A stretch of DNA of 64,000 nt from contig CAWGKG010000007.1 of NCBI GenBank assembly GCA_963823035.1, positions 160,001-224,000 on the forward strand, written 5' to 3'. The translations under genes and the position numbers were made by a program. The stretch comes from an uncultured Gemmatimonadales bacterium (lineage in GTDB: Bacteria > Gemmatimonadota > Gemmatimonadetes > Longimicrobiales > Gaopeijiaceae). Below the pieces are notes generated by a model. That model saw only the letters and a program-made list of their open reading frames with translations. It had not been told where the DNA came from and did no database searches. Every line of letters starts with the position of its first letter. Position 1 is the first letter of the stretch. Of this stretch, positions 30,639 through 39,278 are shown piece after piece.

Positions 30639-31849
30639 GGGGTCGGCCCTCCCCGGTCCGGGCGCGTGCCGTCGCGTCGCTGGCCGCTGCGGCGCTGGCC
30701 CTCGCTGCGGCGGCGGAGGGTGCCGCGGGTCAGCTCGCCGTGAAGGGGTACGCCCTCGGGGTCGGGACGCGCGCCGGCGCGAGCGACTTCGGTCCGGCCG
30801 GCACCACCCTTCTCGCCCGGACACGGCTCATGCCGACCTGGAGCTCCGGGCCGGTCACGGTCGACGTGGCCTACGAGCACATCCTGACCCGGACGCCGCC
30901 CGGTGGAGGCATCCGGGTGACCACCCCCGGTGGGACCGGCGCGGGCACCGAGGACTGGATGGGAACCGACTGGGAGATCCGCTCCACCTCCCGGAGCACG
31001 TGGCGCCACCGATTCGACCGCCTGAGCGTGGGCTTCGACGCCGGCCCCCTCTCCGTGGTCGTGGGCAGACAGGCGATCTCGTGGGCGACCACGCTCTTCC
31101 TCACCCCCGCGGACCCCTTCACCCCTTTCGATCCGTCCGACCCCTTCCGCGAGTACCGCGGCGGCGTGGACGCCGTGCGCGTCCGGGCCTTTCCCGGTCC
31201 CTTCACCGAGTTGGACGCGGTCGTCCGACCGACCAGGACCACCACCGGCACCACGCTCACGGCCGTCGGCCGTGCGCAGACGTCGCGCGGCGGGTGGGCG
31301 TTCGGGGGCTGGGGGGGCGTCGTGCACGACGAGGGTGCCGCAGCCCTCTTCGCCACCGGCGCCGCGGGGGCGACCGCCCTGCGTGGCTCCGTCTCGCTCC
31401 GGCACGCTCCCGCGGGTGGCACGACCGCGCGTGCCGCCGCCGGCGGCGATCGGCGCTTCTCTCTGTCCGGACGCGACCTCTACGCGATCGTCGAGGTCCA
31501 GTACGACGGGTTCGGCGCCGCACGCGCCTCCGAGCTCCTCGACGTCACCGCTTCCGCGCCCTACGCGCATGGGGAGATGCAGACGCTGGGACGATGGACG
31601 GCGGCGGCTCAAGCGAGCTGGCAGCTTCACCCTCTGGTGTCGACGGACCTGATGGCGCTGGTCGACCTCGTCGACGGGAGCGCGCTGATCGCGCCGGGCG
31701 TCTCCTGGTCCGTGTCGTCATCGGCCTCACTGCGCGCCGGTGCGTTCGTGGGCGCGGGGGCCGGCACCGTGGACCCGCTCACGGGGTTCGCCTCGGAGTA
31801 CGGTCCCGTGCCGTTCCTGGGCTACGCCGCCCTCTCCGTGTTCTTCTGA
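30635..31849 (+). CDS. Hypothetical outer-membrane beta-barrel protein
   Basis: Signal peptide, VGRQAISW...DPF...GVDAVR motif typical of barrels in such operons, terminal Phe. Confidence 0.7.
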   Translation: MRGRPSPVRARAVASLAAAALALAAAAEGAAGQLAVKGYALGVGTRAGASDFGPAGTTLLARTRLMPTWSSGPVTVDVAYEHILTRTPPGGGIRVTTPGGTGAGTEDWMGTDWEIRSTSRSTWRHRFDRLSVGFDAGPLSVVVGRQAISWATTLFLTPADPFTPFDPSDPFREYRGGVDAVRVRAFPGPFTELDAVVRPTRTTTGTTLTAVGRAQTSRGGWAFGGWGGVVHDEGAAALFATGAAGATALRGSVSLRHAPAGGTTARAAAGGDRRFSLSGRDLYAIVEVQYDGFGAARASELLDVTASAPYAHGEMQTLGRWTAAAQASWQLHPLVSTDLMALVDLVDGSALIAPGVSWSVSSSASLRAGAFVGAGAGTVDPLTGFASEYGPVPFLGYAALSVFF

Positions 31850-31912
31850 ACCCTTCCCCACGCGGTCGGCGTACTAGAGGGCAACGCAGCAGGGCGAACG
31901 AGGAGTCGAGCC

Positions 31913-32095
31913 ATGGCCAAGAACCAACGACAGAACGCACCGCGGGACCGCAAGCAGCCGCTCAAGTTCCCGAAGCCGCCGTGCACGCCCGAGCCGCCTC
32001 GCGTCCCGCCGCCTCCAAGGCCGGCGCCGCCCTTCGATCCGGCGATTCCCGACTTCCGGAAGATCTTCAAGTCGGGACGGCGCGGCCGGGACTGA
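31913..32095 (+). CDS. Small basic proline-rich hypothetical protein (60 aa)
   Basis: GAGGAG RBS 7 nt before the ATG, G/C-ending codons, upstream TGAACC-N17-CGTA candidate ECF promoter, fills the intergenic gap. Confidence 0.55.
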   Translation: MAKNQRQNAPRDRKQPLKFPKPPCTPEPPRVPPPPRPAPPFDPAIPDFRKIFKSGRRGRD

Positions 32096-32104
32096 GCACC
32101 GCCC

Positions 32105-32831
32105 TCAGGCGGTCGAGCCGACCGCCCGCCCTTCCTGCCCGGTGGGCGCGCCCCGCACGCCGGGCATGACGTTGTAGCGGTAGCCGATCCAGATCATCAC
32201 CAGGCCGATGAACTCCATGATGTAGAGCACCTCGGTGTGGCCGAAGCGCGTCGCCGTGCCCCCGATGCCCGGGAGGAGCGCGCCGAGCGCGATGAAGACG
32301 TTGCCGATGAAGCGGTGGCGCGCCGAGGCGTCACTGCGGAAGCGCCAGGCCGACATCGCCGCCCCTCCGATGAGGAAGATCGCGGCGTAGGTGTTGATGA
32401 AGGGGCTGAACAGCCGCGCCGCGTGCCACTCCATGACGTGACCGGTGAGCCGGTGCGTCTCCACCAGGCTGTAGTCGATGGGGCTCAGCAGCACCATCAC
32501 CGAGGCCACGACGATCGCGGTCACCAGAACGCACGGAGAGCCGGTTCGCGAGCTTGCGCGAGAACATGAGGTACACGGTGCCCTGCGCCAGCGGCGCGCC
32601 GCCGAGCAGCGCCCCCGAGATGTACCACGCGCGGAAGACCGACTCGTGCCAGCCGAAGAGCGTCGTGAACGACTCCGTGAACGTCCCGACGCCGTAGACC
32701 GCGATCCCGAACGCCCACCAGAGGAGGTGTGGCCCCGAGCGGCGCTCCCGCCACCGTCGAAAGACCACGGGCGCGAAGAAGGCGGCGACGATCGTGGTGG
32801 CGATCGGGATGAAGGAGACGAAGGCGGGCAT
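32105..32831 (-). CDS. Multi-pass (about 7 TM) membrane protein (apparent frameshift near 32530)
   Basis: ORFs 32331-32831 and 32105-32524 join into one hydrophobic protein; starts 15 nt after the receptor stop. Confidence 0.75.
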
Positions 32832-32846
32832 GGGCAGGCGCCTCCC

Positions 32847-35061
32847 CTAGAAGGACACTTCCCAGGAGAGCGTCAGGTTGCGCTTGGGCTCGGGGCGGAA
32901 GAACGACGCGTTCGAGAACTCCGCGTAGAGCTGGTTCGTCAGGTTCGTGATGCCGACGTTCAGGCGGTGCACCTGCCCGCCCTCGGTGCGCAGCACGGTC
33001 ACGCCGGCGCGCAGGTCCTGGACGGTGAAGGCCGGAAGGACGTCGCCGATCGGGTTGTCCACGAGCTGCACGTCCTTGCGGACGCCGTTGTGACGGACTT
33101 CCCATGCGCCCCAGAAGCGATCCGCGCGGTCCTCGTAGCGCAGCGTTCCGGTGAGCTTCCTGCTGAAGGACTCGCCGACCGGGTTCTCCTTGTTGAGCGC
33201 GTCCTTCGCATCCATCCAGGTGTAGCTCCCGTTCACGGACAGCCCGCCCGCGACGGCGACACGGCCGTTGAACTCCGCACCACGGAAGATGAGCTTCTCG
33301 ACGTTCGTGTTCTGGTAGGCGGCCTGGCCGTTCACCTCGTAGCCCAGCGGCGCGATGCGGATGCCGTCGCTGATCCTGTTGCGGAAGCCGAAGGCCTCCA
33401 GCGACACCCGGTCCTTCCGGTAGCGCATGCCCAGGTCGACGTTGAAGCTCGTCTCGGCCTTGAGGTCGGGGTTGGCGACCTGGTAACCCGACCCCTCGGG
33501 CGTGGCGCCGTCGAAGAACCGCTCGATCAGGTTGGGGGAGCGGAACGCGCGCCCGGTGGAAGCCACCAGCGACAGCCCGCCGCCCAGCTCGTAGATCCCG
33601 TTCAGGGCCGCCACGAACGTGCCGTCGGTGATCGTCGTGGGCGCGAGGTCCTCGAGGCCGGCCGTCGCGTACGTCTCGGCGCGGGCCGTCTGGTAGCGCC
33701 CACCGGCCACGAAGGAGAGGCGCTGCGTGGCCTGGATCTCGCCCTGCGCGAAGGCGCCGGCGGTCAGGAAGCTCGAGGTGGGCAGCTGCGGACGGTCGCT
33801 CACGTCCTCCATCGGCGGCCCGAAACCGAGGATCGTCGTCGCGTTGTGGTCCGTGCCCTGGGCACGCTCGCGCACGGCGTCGATCCCGTACGTGAAGAGG
33901 AGACCCGGCGTGGCGAGCTTCCGCGCCTCGGCGCGCATGCCGTAGGTGCGGATGTTCGTGAAGTTCTGCTGGAGGATGGACATCGAGGCGGACGGACCGA
34001 GCGCCAGGTCGAAGCGCGAAGTCGAGGTTCCGCTCGTTGTCCTGGCCGTACGCCTGGATCGAGACCTGGTCGGCCAGCAGCGTGCCGAGGTCACGGCCCA
34101 GGTAGCCGGCGGTGACCTTGGACCAGCGCTGCGTCGGGTAGCTGATCCGGATGTCGGGCTGGCCGGGCGCGTACAGGGCCGGATCGACGCTGCCGAAGCC
34201 GGCGTCGTCGGCCGTGTAGGTCTCGAACTTCCCGTAGACGGAGTGGTTCCCCTGCGGCTCCCACCCGAGCCGCACGTCCATCGAGCGGTCCTTCACGCCG
34301 GTCCCGCTCACGAGGGCATCCTGGTCGAGCGTGATCGCGCCGAAGCTCCCCGCGGGAGCGTCGTAGGCGTCCGCCTGGCGCAGCGTGCCACCCGCGCGCA
34401 GCGTGAACGCCCCCGACCGTCCGAAGACGCGCGCGGAGCCGGCCTTCTGGTTCTCGACGCCGCCGTAGCGCAGCGAGCCCACCCCGTGGAAGCCCTCCGC
34501 CTGCGCCGTGCGCGTGATGATGTTGACCACGCCGCCGATCGCATCCGAGCCGTAGAGCACCGAAGCCGGGCCGCGTACGACCTCCACGCGCTCCACGCCG
34601 TTCACGTCCACCAGCGCGGGCAGCTCCCCGAAGTCCTGCTGGCGGCGGAAGTTGTTGAGTCGGAGCCCGTCCTCCAGGAGGAGGATGCGCTGTCCGCGCT
34701 GACCCCGGATCTCCGGGCGGCCCTGGTTCACGCCCACGCCCGTCACGTCCAGGCCGGGGAGGGAGCGGAAGAGGTCCGTGACCGTGTTCGGGATCTGCTG
34801 GACCAGGTCACGCCGCTGCACCACCGACACGGGCTGCGGGATCTTCGAGGCTTCGCGCGGCCCGCGCGTCGCGGTCACGACGATCGGGTCCACGTTGAAG
34901 ATCAGCGTGTCCGGCTTGCGCGACCGGCTGCTTCCGCCCTGCCCCGTGCCCTGGGCCAGGAGCCCGCACGGGGCGGCGAGCGCCGCGAAGGCGAGCGTGA
35001 GTACGGCGGCCCGGATCCCGGAGCCGGGCAGCGTGCTGGGGCTCGAAGTCTCGGTGGTCAT
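32847..35061 (-). CDS. TonB-dependent receptor, heme/haemoglobin-receptor-like (apparent frameshift near 34020)
   Basis: IVVTATRG, IRGQRGQRILLLEDG, RVEVVRGPASVLYGSDAIGGVVNIIT, FRSPNL...NPDLKAE, terminal WEVSF. Confidence 0.92.
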
Positions 35062-35263
35062 CGCGTCTCACTCTCCCCTTCGTGCCGCCCATTCGGCGGT
35101 CTCGTTGAACGCAGGCAGGGCCCGCGGTGTGGCCTGAGGCACAACGGGGAAGCTAGACCTCGTGCATTTTTCGCGTAATTCGGAGATCCCCGAAGGATGG
35201 GGTCCGGGGATGTACGTACGGCCCCGGCCGACGTCCACCGAAGGGAAAGGCCCTACGGCGACG

Positions 35264-35929
35264 CTATTCCTCGGCCTCGCCCAGACCGTTCTCCACCACG
35301 AAGCGCGTAAGCCCCGCGACGGTGCGGACACGGAGCTTCGCCATGACGCGCTCCCGGTGGGTCTCCACGGTGCGCGGGCTGATGCCGAACTCCTCGGCGA
35401 TCTCGCGGTTGGTGCGCCCGTTGGCGACGCGAACGAGGACCTCGCGCTCCCGCCCCGTGAGCTGGTCGAGGCGCGAGCGCTGGCGCTCTCGCTCGAGCTC
35501 CTCGCGCAGGGCGACGCTGAGCTGGTGGGTCACCCGCTCCGTGAAGTACTCCTTCCCGTCGACGACGGCCTCCACCGCTTCGCGCAACTCGGCGGGCCCG
35601 ACGTCCTTGAGCACGTACCCGTCCGCCCCGACGCGTACGGCCTCCAGGACGTACTCCGGGTTGTCGTGCATGGACAGCACGAGGATGCCCACCTCCGAGC
35701 CGGCGAGGCGCAGCTCCCTGGCGACCTCCAGGCCGGTCTTCTCCGGCATCGAGATGTCGAGGAGGAGGAGATCGGTTTCGTGCTCCTGGACCAGGCGGAG
35801 CACCTCGGCCCCGTCCGCGGCCTCCGCGACGACCTCGAGTCCCGGAATCTCCTCGAGAACGTGGCGGATGCCCTGACGGACCACGGCGTGGTCGTCTGCG
35901 ATGATCACCCGAATGCGCGCGTCGCTCAC
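35264..35929 (-). CDS. NarL/LuxR family response regulator
   Basis: IIADDHAVVRQG, LLDISMP, LTGREREVL...TNREIAEEFGISPRTVETHR. Confidence 0.95.
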   Translation of the reverse strand: MSDARIRVIIADDHAVVRQGIRHVLEEIPGLEVVAEAADGAEVLRLVQEHETDLLLLDISMPEKTGLEVARELRLAGSEVGILVLSMHDNPEYVLEAVRVGADGYVLKDVGPAELREAVEAVVDGKEYFTERVTHQLSVALREELERERQRSRLDQLTGREREVLVRVANGRTNREIAEEFGISPRTVETHRERVMAKLRVRTVAGLTRFVVENGLGEAEE

Positions 35930-37710
35930 CTTACCACCCCCTCCCGGCTCTGCTTCGAGGGCACGCGCACCCAGACGTGCGCGCCACCCCCGGTAACGTT
36001 CTCGAGTTTGAAAGCGCCTCCTACCCCGGCGATGCGCTCCCGGATTCCGGCCAGACCGCCGCGGGTTCGATTGAGCCCGCGCGGATCGTCCATCGGGAAG
36101 CCCACGCCATCGTCCTGCACGTCCAGGACCACGTCGCCCTCCTCCGCGGAGACGCTCACCGACACGCGCCTACATTGGCCGTGCCGCACCGCGTTCGCCA
36201 ACGCCTCCTGCAGCGTGCGGTAGAGAGCGAGCTCCGCGTCCCCCGCCAGCGCGGGGAGCTTCTTCGGCTCTTCGAAGTCGACCCGCAGCGCCTCCTGGCT
36301 CCCGAAATCGCGCGCCAGCGCGCGCAGAGCGGAGAGGAGCCCCAGGTCGTCGAGCGCCGTGGGGCGGAGGTTGCGGGTCACGCTGCGAATGCTGCGAATC
36401 CCCTCCCCCACCAGGGACCGGGCGCGGTCGAGCGCCACCGCCATCTCTTCGTCGCCTTTCTCGCGCAGGAGCCCGAGCTGCATGTTCACGGCCGCCAGAA
36501 CCTGCGCGGTCTCGTCGTGCAGCTCGCGCGAGAGACGGTTCCGCTCCTCCTCGTGCTGCTGGATCATGCGGATCTGGAGGCGCTCCAGCTCGGCCGTGCG
36601 GTCCTCCAGGCTCCGGTAGAGGTCCTCGTTCTCCAGCGCGGCGCCCACCTGCTGGCCGAAGGCGAGGAGGAACGGCGTGTCCAGCGCGGTGAAGGGGTCG
36701 CGCGACTCCCCGACCACGACCAGCGCCCCCGCGACGGCCCTCCCGCGCAGGATGGGAAGCGCCGCGATGTAGGGGTGCGCCCAGGGCGTGCGGTCCCCCT
36801 CCGCCCCACGTCCCTTGATGACCTCCGGCTGTCCGTCCCTGCGCACCGCGGCCACGGCCCGCCACGCCAGCGCGGGCGGCGGCTCGTACGGCCAGAGCGC
36901 GCACACGCCGGCGCCGTGGACGAACCCGCCGTCCTCGCCGGACGTCAGGTAGAGCGCCGATCCGTGCACGCCGCGCAGGCCGAGCGCCCGTCGCAGCACG
37001 GCCTCCGGCACGCCCTCGGAACGGCGGCCCCGCTGCTGCAGCTCGCTGGAGAGCGCGGTCAACGTGTGCAGGCCCTGGTCGAGGTCCTCGAGCACCAGCA
37101 TGAGGATGCCGGCGCCCATGCCGAGCTCGAACATCAGGTCGAGGTAGTAGCCCCACGGGCTCCACGCCCCGCGGGCGCGCAGGAACGGGTAGTCCAGGTG
37201 GTGCAGGGCCCACAGGGCGAGCGTCACGGTCAGCACGCGGGCGGCGGGCGAGCCGACCTCGCGGTCGTACCGGAAGAGCGCCCACGCGGTCCACGCGGTC
37301 GCCACGCTCAGGAAGAGCACGGCCGGCCCGGCGGCCAGGAGGAAGTTGTCCAGCCGGTAGATCGCGACGTAGGACCAGGCGGGCGGAAAGAGCGTCAGGA
37401 GGAGATAGGCGCGCCGCCAGCGGAGGCCCTGGGAGAAGACGAGCGCCGCCCACAGGAGCGCGAGAGCCGTCCACCCGGTGGTCACCTGGTGCCAGTAGAG
37501 CCAGAAGCTCCGACCCGAGTGCAGGAAGGCGACGATGGCCGCCAGACGCATCCCGTAGATGCCCCACGCCAGGGCCCACGCGCCGAAGTACGGCTTGCGA
37601 TACCGCCGATACAGAAGGGCGCACAGGACAACGAGCCCGAGCGTCACGGCCCCCTGGAGATAGGCTGCCGCCAGCTCGGTCAGGGTGGTCGGAGGCACGA
37701 TCGAATCCAT
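35926..37710 (-). CDS. Sensor histidine kinase (multi-TM input, GAF, HisKA_3, HATPase)
   Basis: About 7 N-terminal TM helices, EEERNRLSRELHDE, LRPTALDDLGL, QEALANAVRHG, DDGVGF; start 37710 or 37785. Confidence 0.93.
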   Translation of the reverse strand: MDSIVPPTTLTELAAAYLQGAVTLGLVVLCALLYRRYRKPYFGAWALAWGIYGMRLAAIVAFLHSGRSFWLYWHQVTTGWTALALLWAALVFSQGLRWRRAYLLLTLFPPAWSYVAIYRLDNFLLAAGPAVLFLSVATAWTAWALFRYDREVGSPAARVLTVTLALWALHHLDYPFLRARGAWSPWGYYLDLMFELGMGAGILMLVLEDLDQGLHTLTALSSELQQRGRRSEGVPEAVLRRALGLRGVHGSALYLTSGEDGGFVHGAGVCALWPYEPPPALAWRAVAAVRRDGQPEVIKGRGAEGDRTPWAHPYIAALPILRGRAVAGALVVVGESRDPFTALDTPFLLAFGQQVGAALENEDLYRSLEDRTAELERLQIRMIQQHEEERNRLSRELHDETAQVLAAVNMQLGLLREKGDEEMAVALDRARSLVGEGIRSIRSVTRNLRPTALDDLGLLSALRALARDFGSQEALRVDFEEPKKLPALAGDAELALYRTLQEALANAVRHGQCRRVSVSVSAEEGDVVLDVQDDGVGFPMDDPRGLNRTRGGLAGIRERIAGVGGAFKLENVTGGGAHVWVRVPSKQSREGVVR

Positions 37711-37888
37711 GCGGCGGAAGATCTCCGCCACCCGCGCGTCGAGCAACGCCTTGCCTGCAGGGGAATCTCCGACAATCCTCTCCACCGAAACCCCACTTAT
37801 GGAGGAAGGGCGGATTTCCTAGGTTTGGGGGATCCCAACCCGCGATCCGCCCGCGGGGCCGCCATCCTCGACTCGGAGGTTCGTCCGC

Positions 37889-39223
37889 ATGAGCGCCGCA
37901 CCCACCGCCGCGCCCCTGCCCTCGACGCTTTTCGCCGACCGGGTGAGCCGCATCGGCACCGAAGAGGCGTTCGCGCTCGGAGCGCTCATCCGGGACGTCG
38001 AGTCCAGGGGAGAGCGGGTGATCCGCTGCAACCTCGGTCAGCCGGATTTCCCCCTCCCGAAGCACATCGTGGGCGCGGTCAAGCGGGCCCTCGACGACGG
38101 CCTCACGACGTACTGCGATCCCCAGGGCATTCCGGAGCTGCGCACCGCGGTGGCGCTGTCCATCGGCGCCAAGCACGGGCTGGACATCGACCCGGAGCGC
38201 GTGGTCGTCTACCCCGGCGGCCGGCCGCCGATCGGCTTCGCCCACATGGCGTACAGCGAGGCCGGCGCCGAGGTCATCTACCCGTCGCCGGGCTATCCGC
38301 TGTTCGAGTCGTTCATCCCCTACTTCCGCTGCACCCCCGTGCCGGTGGTGCTGCAGGAGGAGCACGGCTTCGGGCTGACGCGCAAGGAGCTCGAGCCGCT
38401 GATCGGCCCGCGGGTCAAGCTGATCTTCCTGAACTTCCCGTCGAACCCGACCGGCGGCGTGGCCACGCGGGAGCAGCTCGTCGAGCTGTCCGAGCTGATC
38501 CTCGAGAAGACCGCCCCCGACGTGCGCGTGTACTCGGACGAGTCGTACGAGGCGATCACGTTCGACGGCGACGAGCACATCTCCATCGCGGCGATGCCGG
38601 GGATGGAGTCGCGCACGATCATCGCGTCCGGCGTATCCAAGACGTACGCGTGGACCGGGGGGCGGGTCGGCTGGGCCGTCTACCCGACCGTCGAGGAAGC
38701 GCGCGTCCACCGCCGGCTCGCGATCAACTTCTTCGCTTCGATCCCCCCCTACAACCAGTGGGGCGCCATCGAGGCGCTGGAGTCTCCCGAGAGCCCGCCG
38801 GCCATCCGCGCGATGGTGGACGCCTTCCAGCGTCGGCGCGACCTGGTGGTTCCGGCGCTGAACGCCATCGACGGCGTCCGCTGCCAGAACCCCAGGGGCG
38901 CGTTCTACGCCTTCCCGAACATCGCGGGCGTGGTCGAGAGCCTCGGAATCCAGGAGGCGTTCGACGGCCTCCCGCAGAACATCCGGGAGCGTTCCAGCCC
39001 CGCCACGCTCTTCCAGCTCTTCCTCCTGTACCGCTACAAGGTCGCCACCATGGACCGCCGCTCCTTCAGCACGCTGGGGAGCGAGGGCCAGCACTACCTC
39101 CGCCTGTCGATCGCCAACGCGGACGAGGAGCTCGAGGAGGCGGTGCGCCGCATCGACATGGCGTCGCGCGACGACGCCGGCTTCCGGGACTTCATGACGA
39201 CGGGGGAGCGCTACACGCTCTAG
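37889..39223 (+). CDS. PLP-dependent aminotransferase class I/II
   Basis: NLGQPDF, GIPELR, NFPSNPTG, SDESYE, SGVSKTYAWTGGRVG, GAFYAFPN. Confidence 0.93.
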   Translation: MSAAPTAAPLPSTLFADRVSRIGTEEAFALGALIRDVESRGERVIRCNLGQPDFPLPKHIVGAVKRALDDGLTTYCDPQGIPELRTAVALSIGAKHGLDIDPERVVVYPGGRPPIGFAHMAYSEAGAEVIYPSPGYPLFESFIPYFRCTPVPVVLQEEHGFGLTRKELEPLIGPRVKLIFLNFPSNPTGGVATREQLVELSELILEKTAPDVRVYSDESYEAITFDGDEHISIAAMPGMESRTIIASGVSKTYAWTGGRVGWAVYPTVEEARVHRRLAINFFASIPPYNQWGAIEALESPESPPAIRAMVDAFQRRRDLVVPALNAIDGVRCQNPRGAFYAFPNIAGVVESLGIQEAFDGLPQNIRERSSPATLFQLFLLYRYKVATMDRRSFSTLGSEGQHYLRLSIANADEELEEAVRRIDMASRDDAGFRDFMTTGERYTL

Positions 39224-39278
39224 CCTCCCCGTCGCCACCAGATCGCACCCACCAGGTTCGCAAGAGAAGGGAGAACCC

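Noticed and set aside
35062..35263. Cobalamin or TPP riboswitch upstream of the TonB receptor
   Set aside because: I could not find the conserved cores by eye; an Rfam/Infernal search would settle it.
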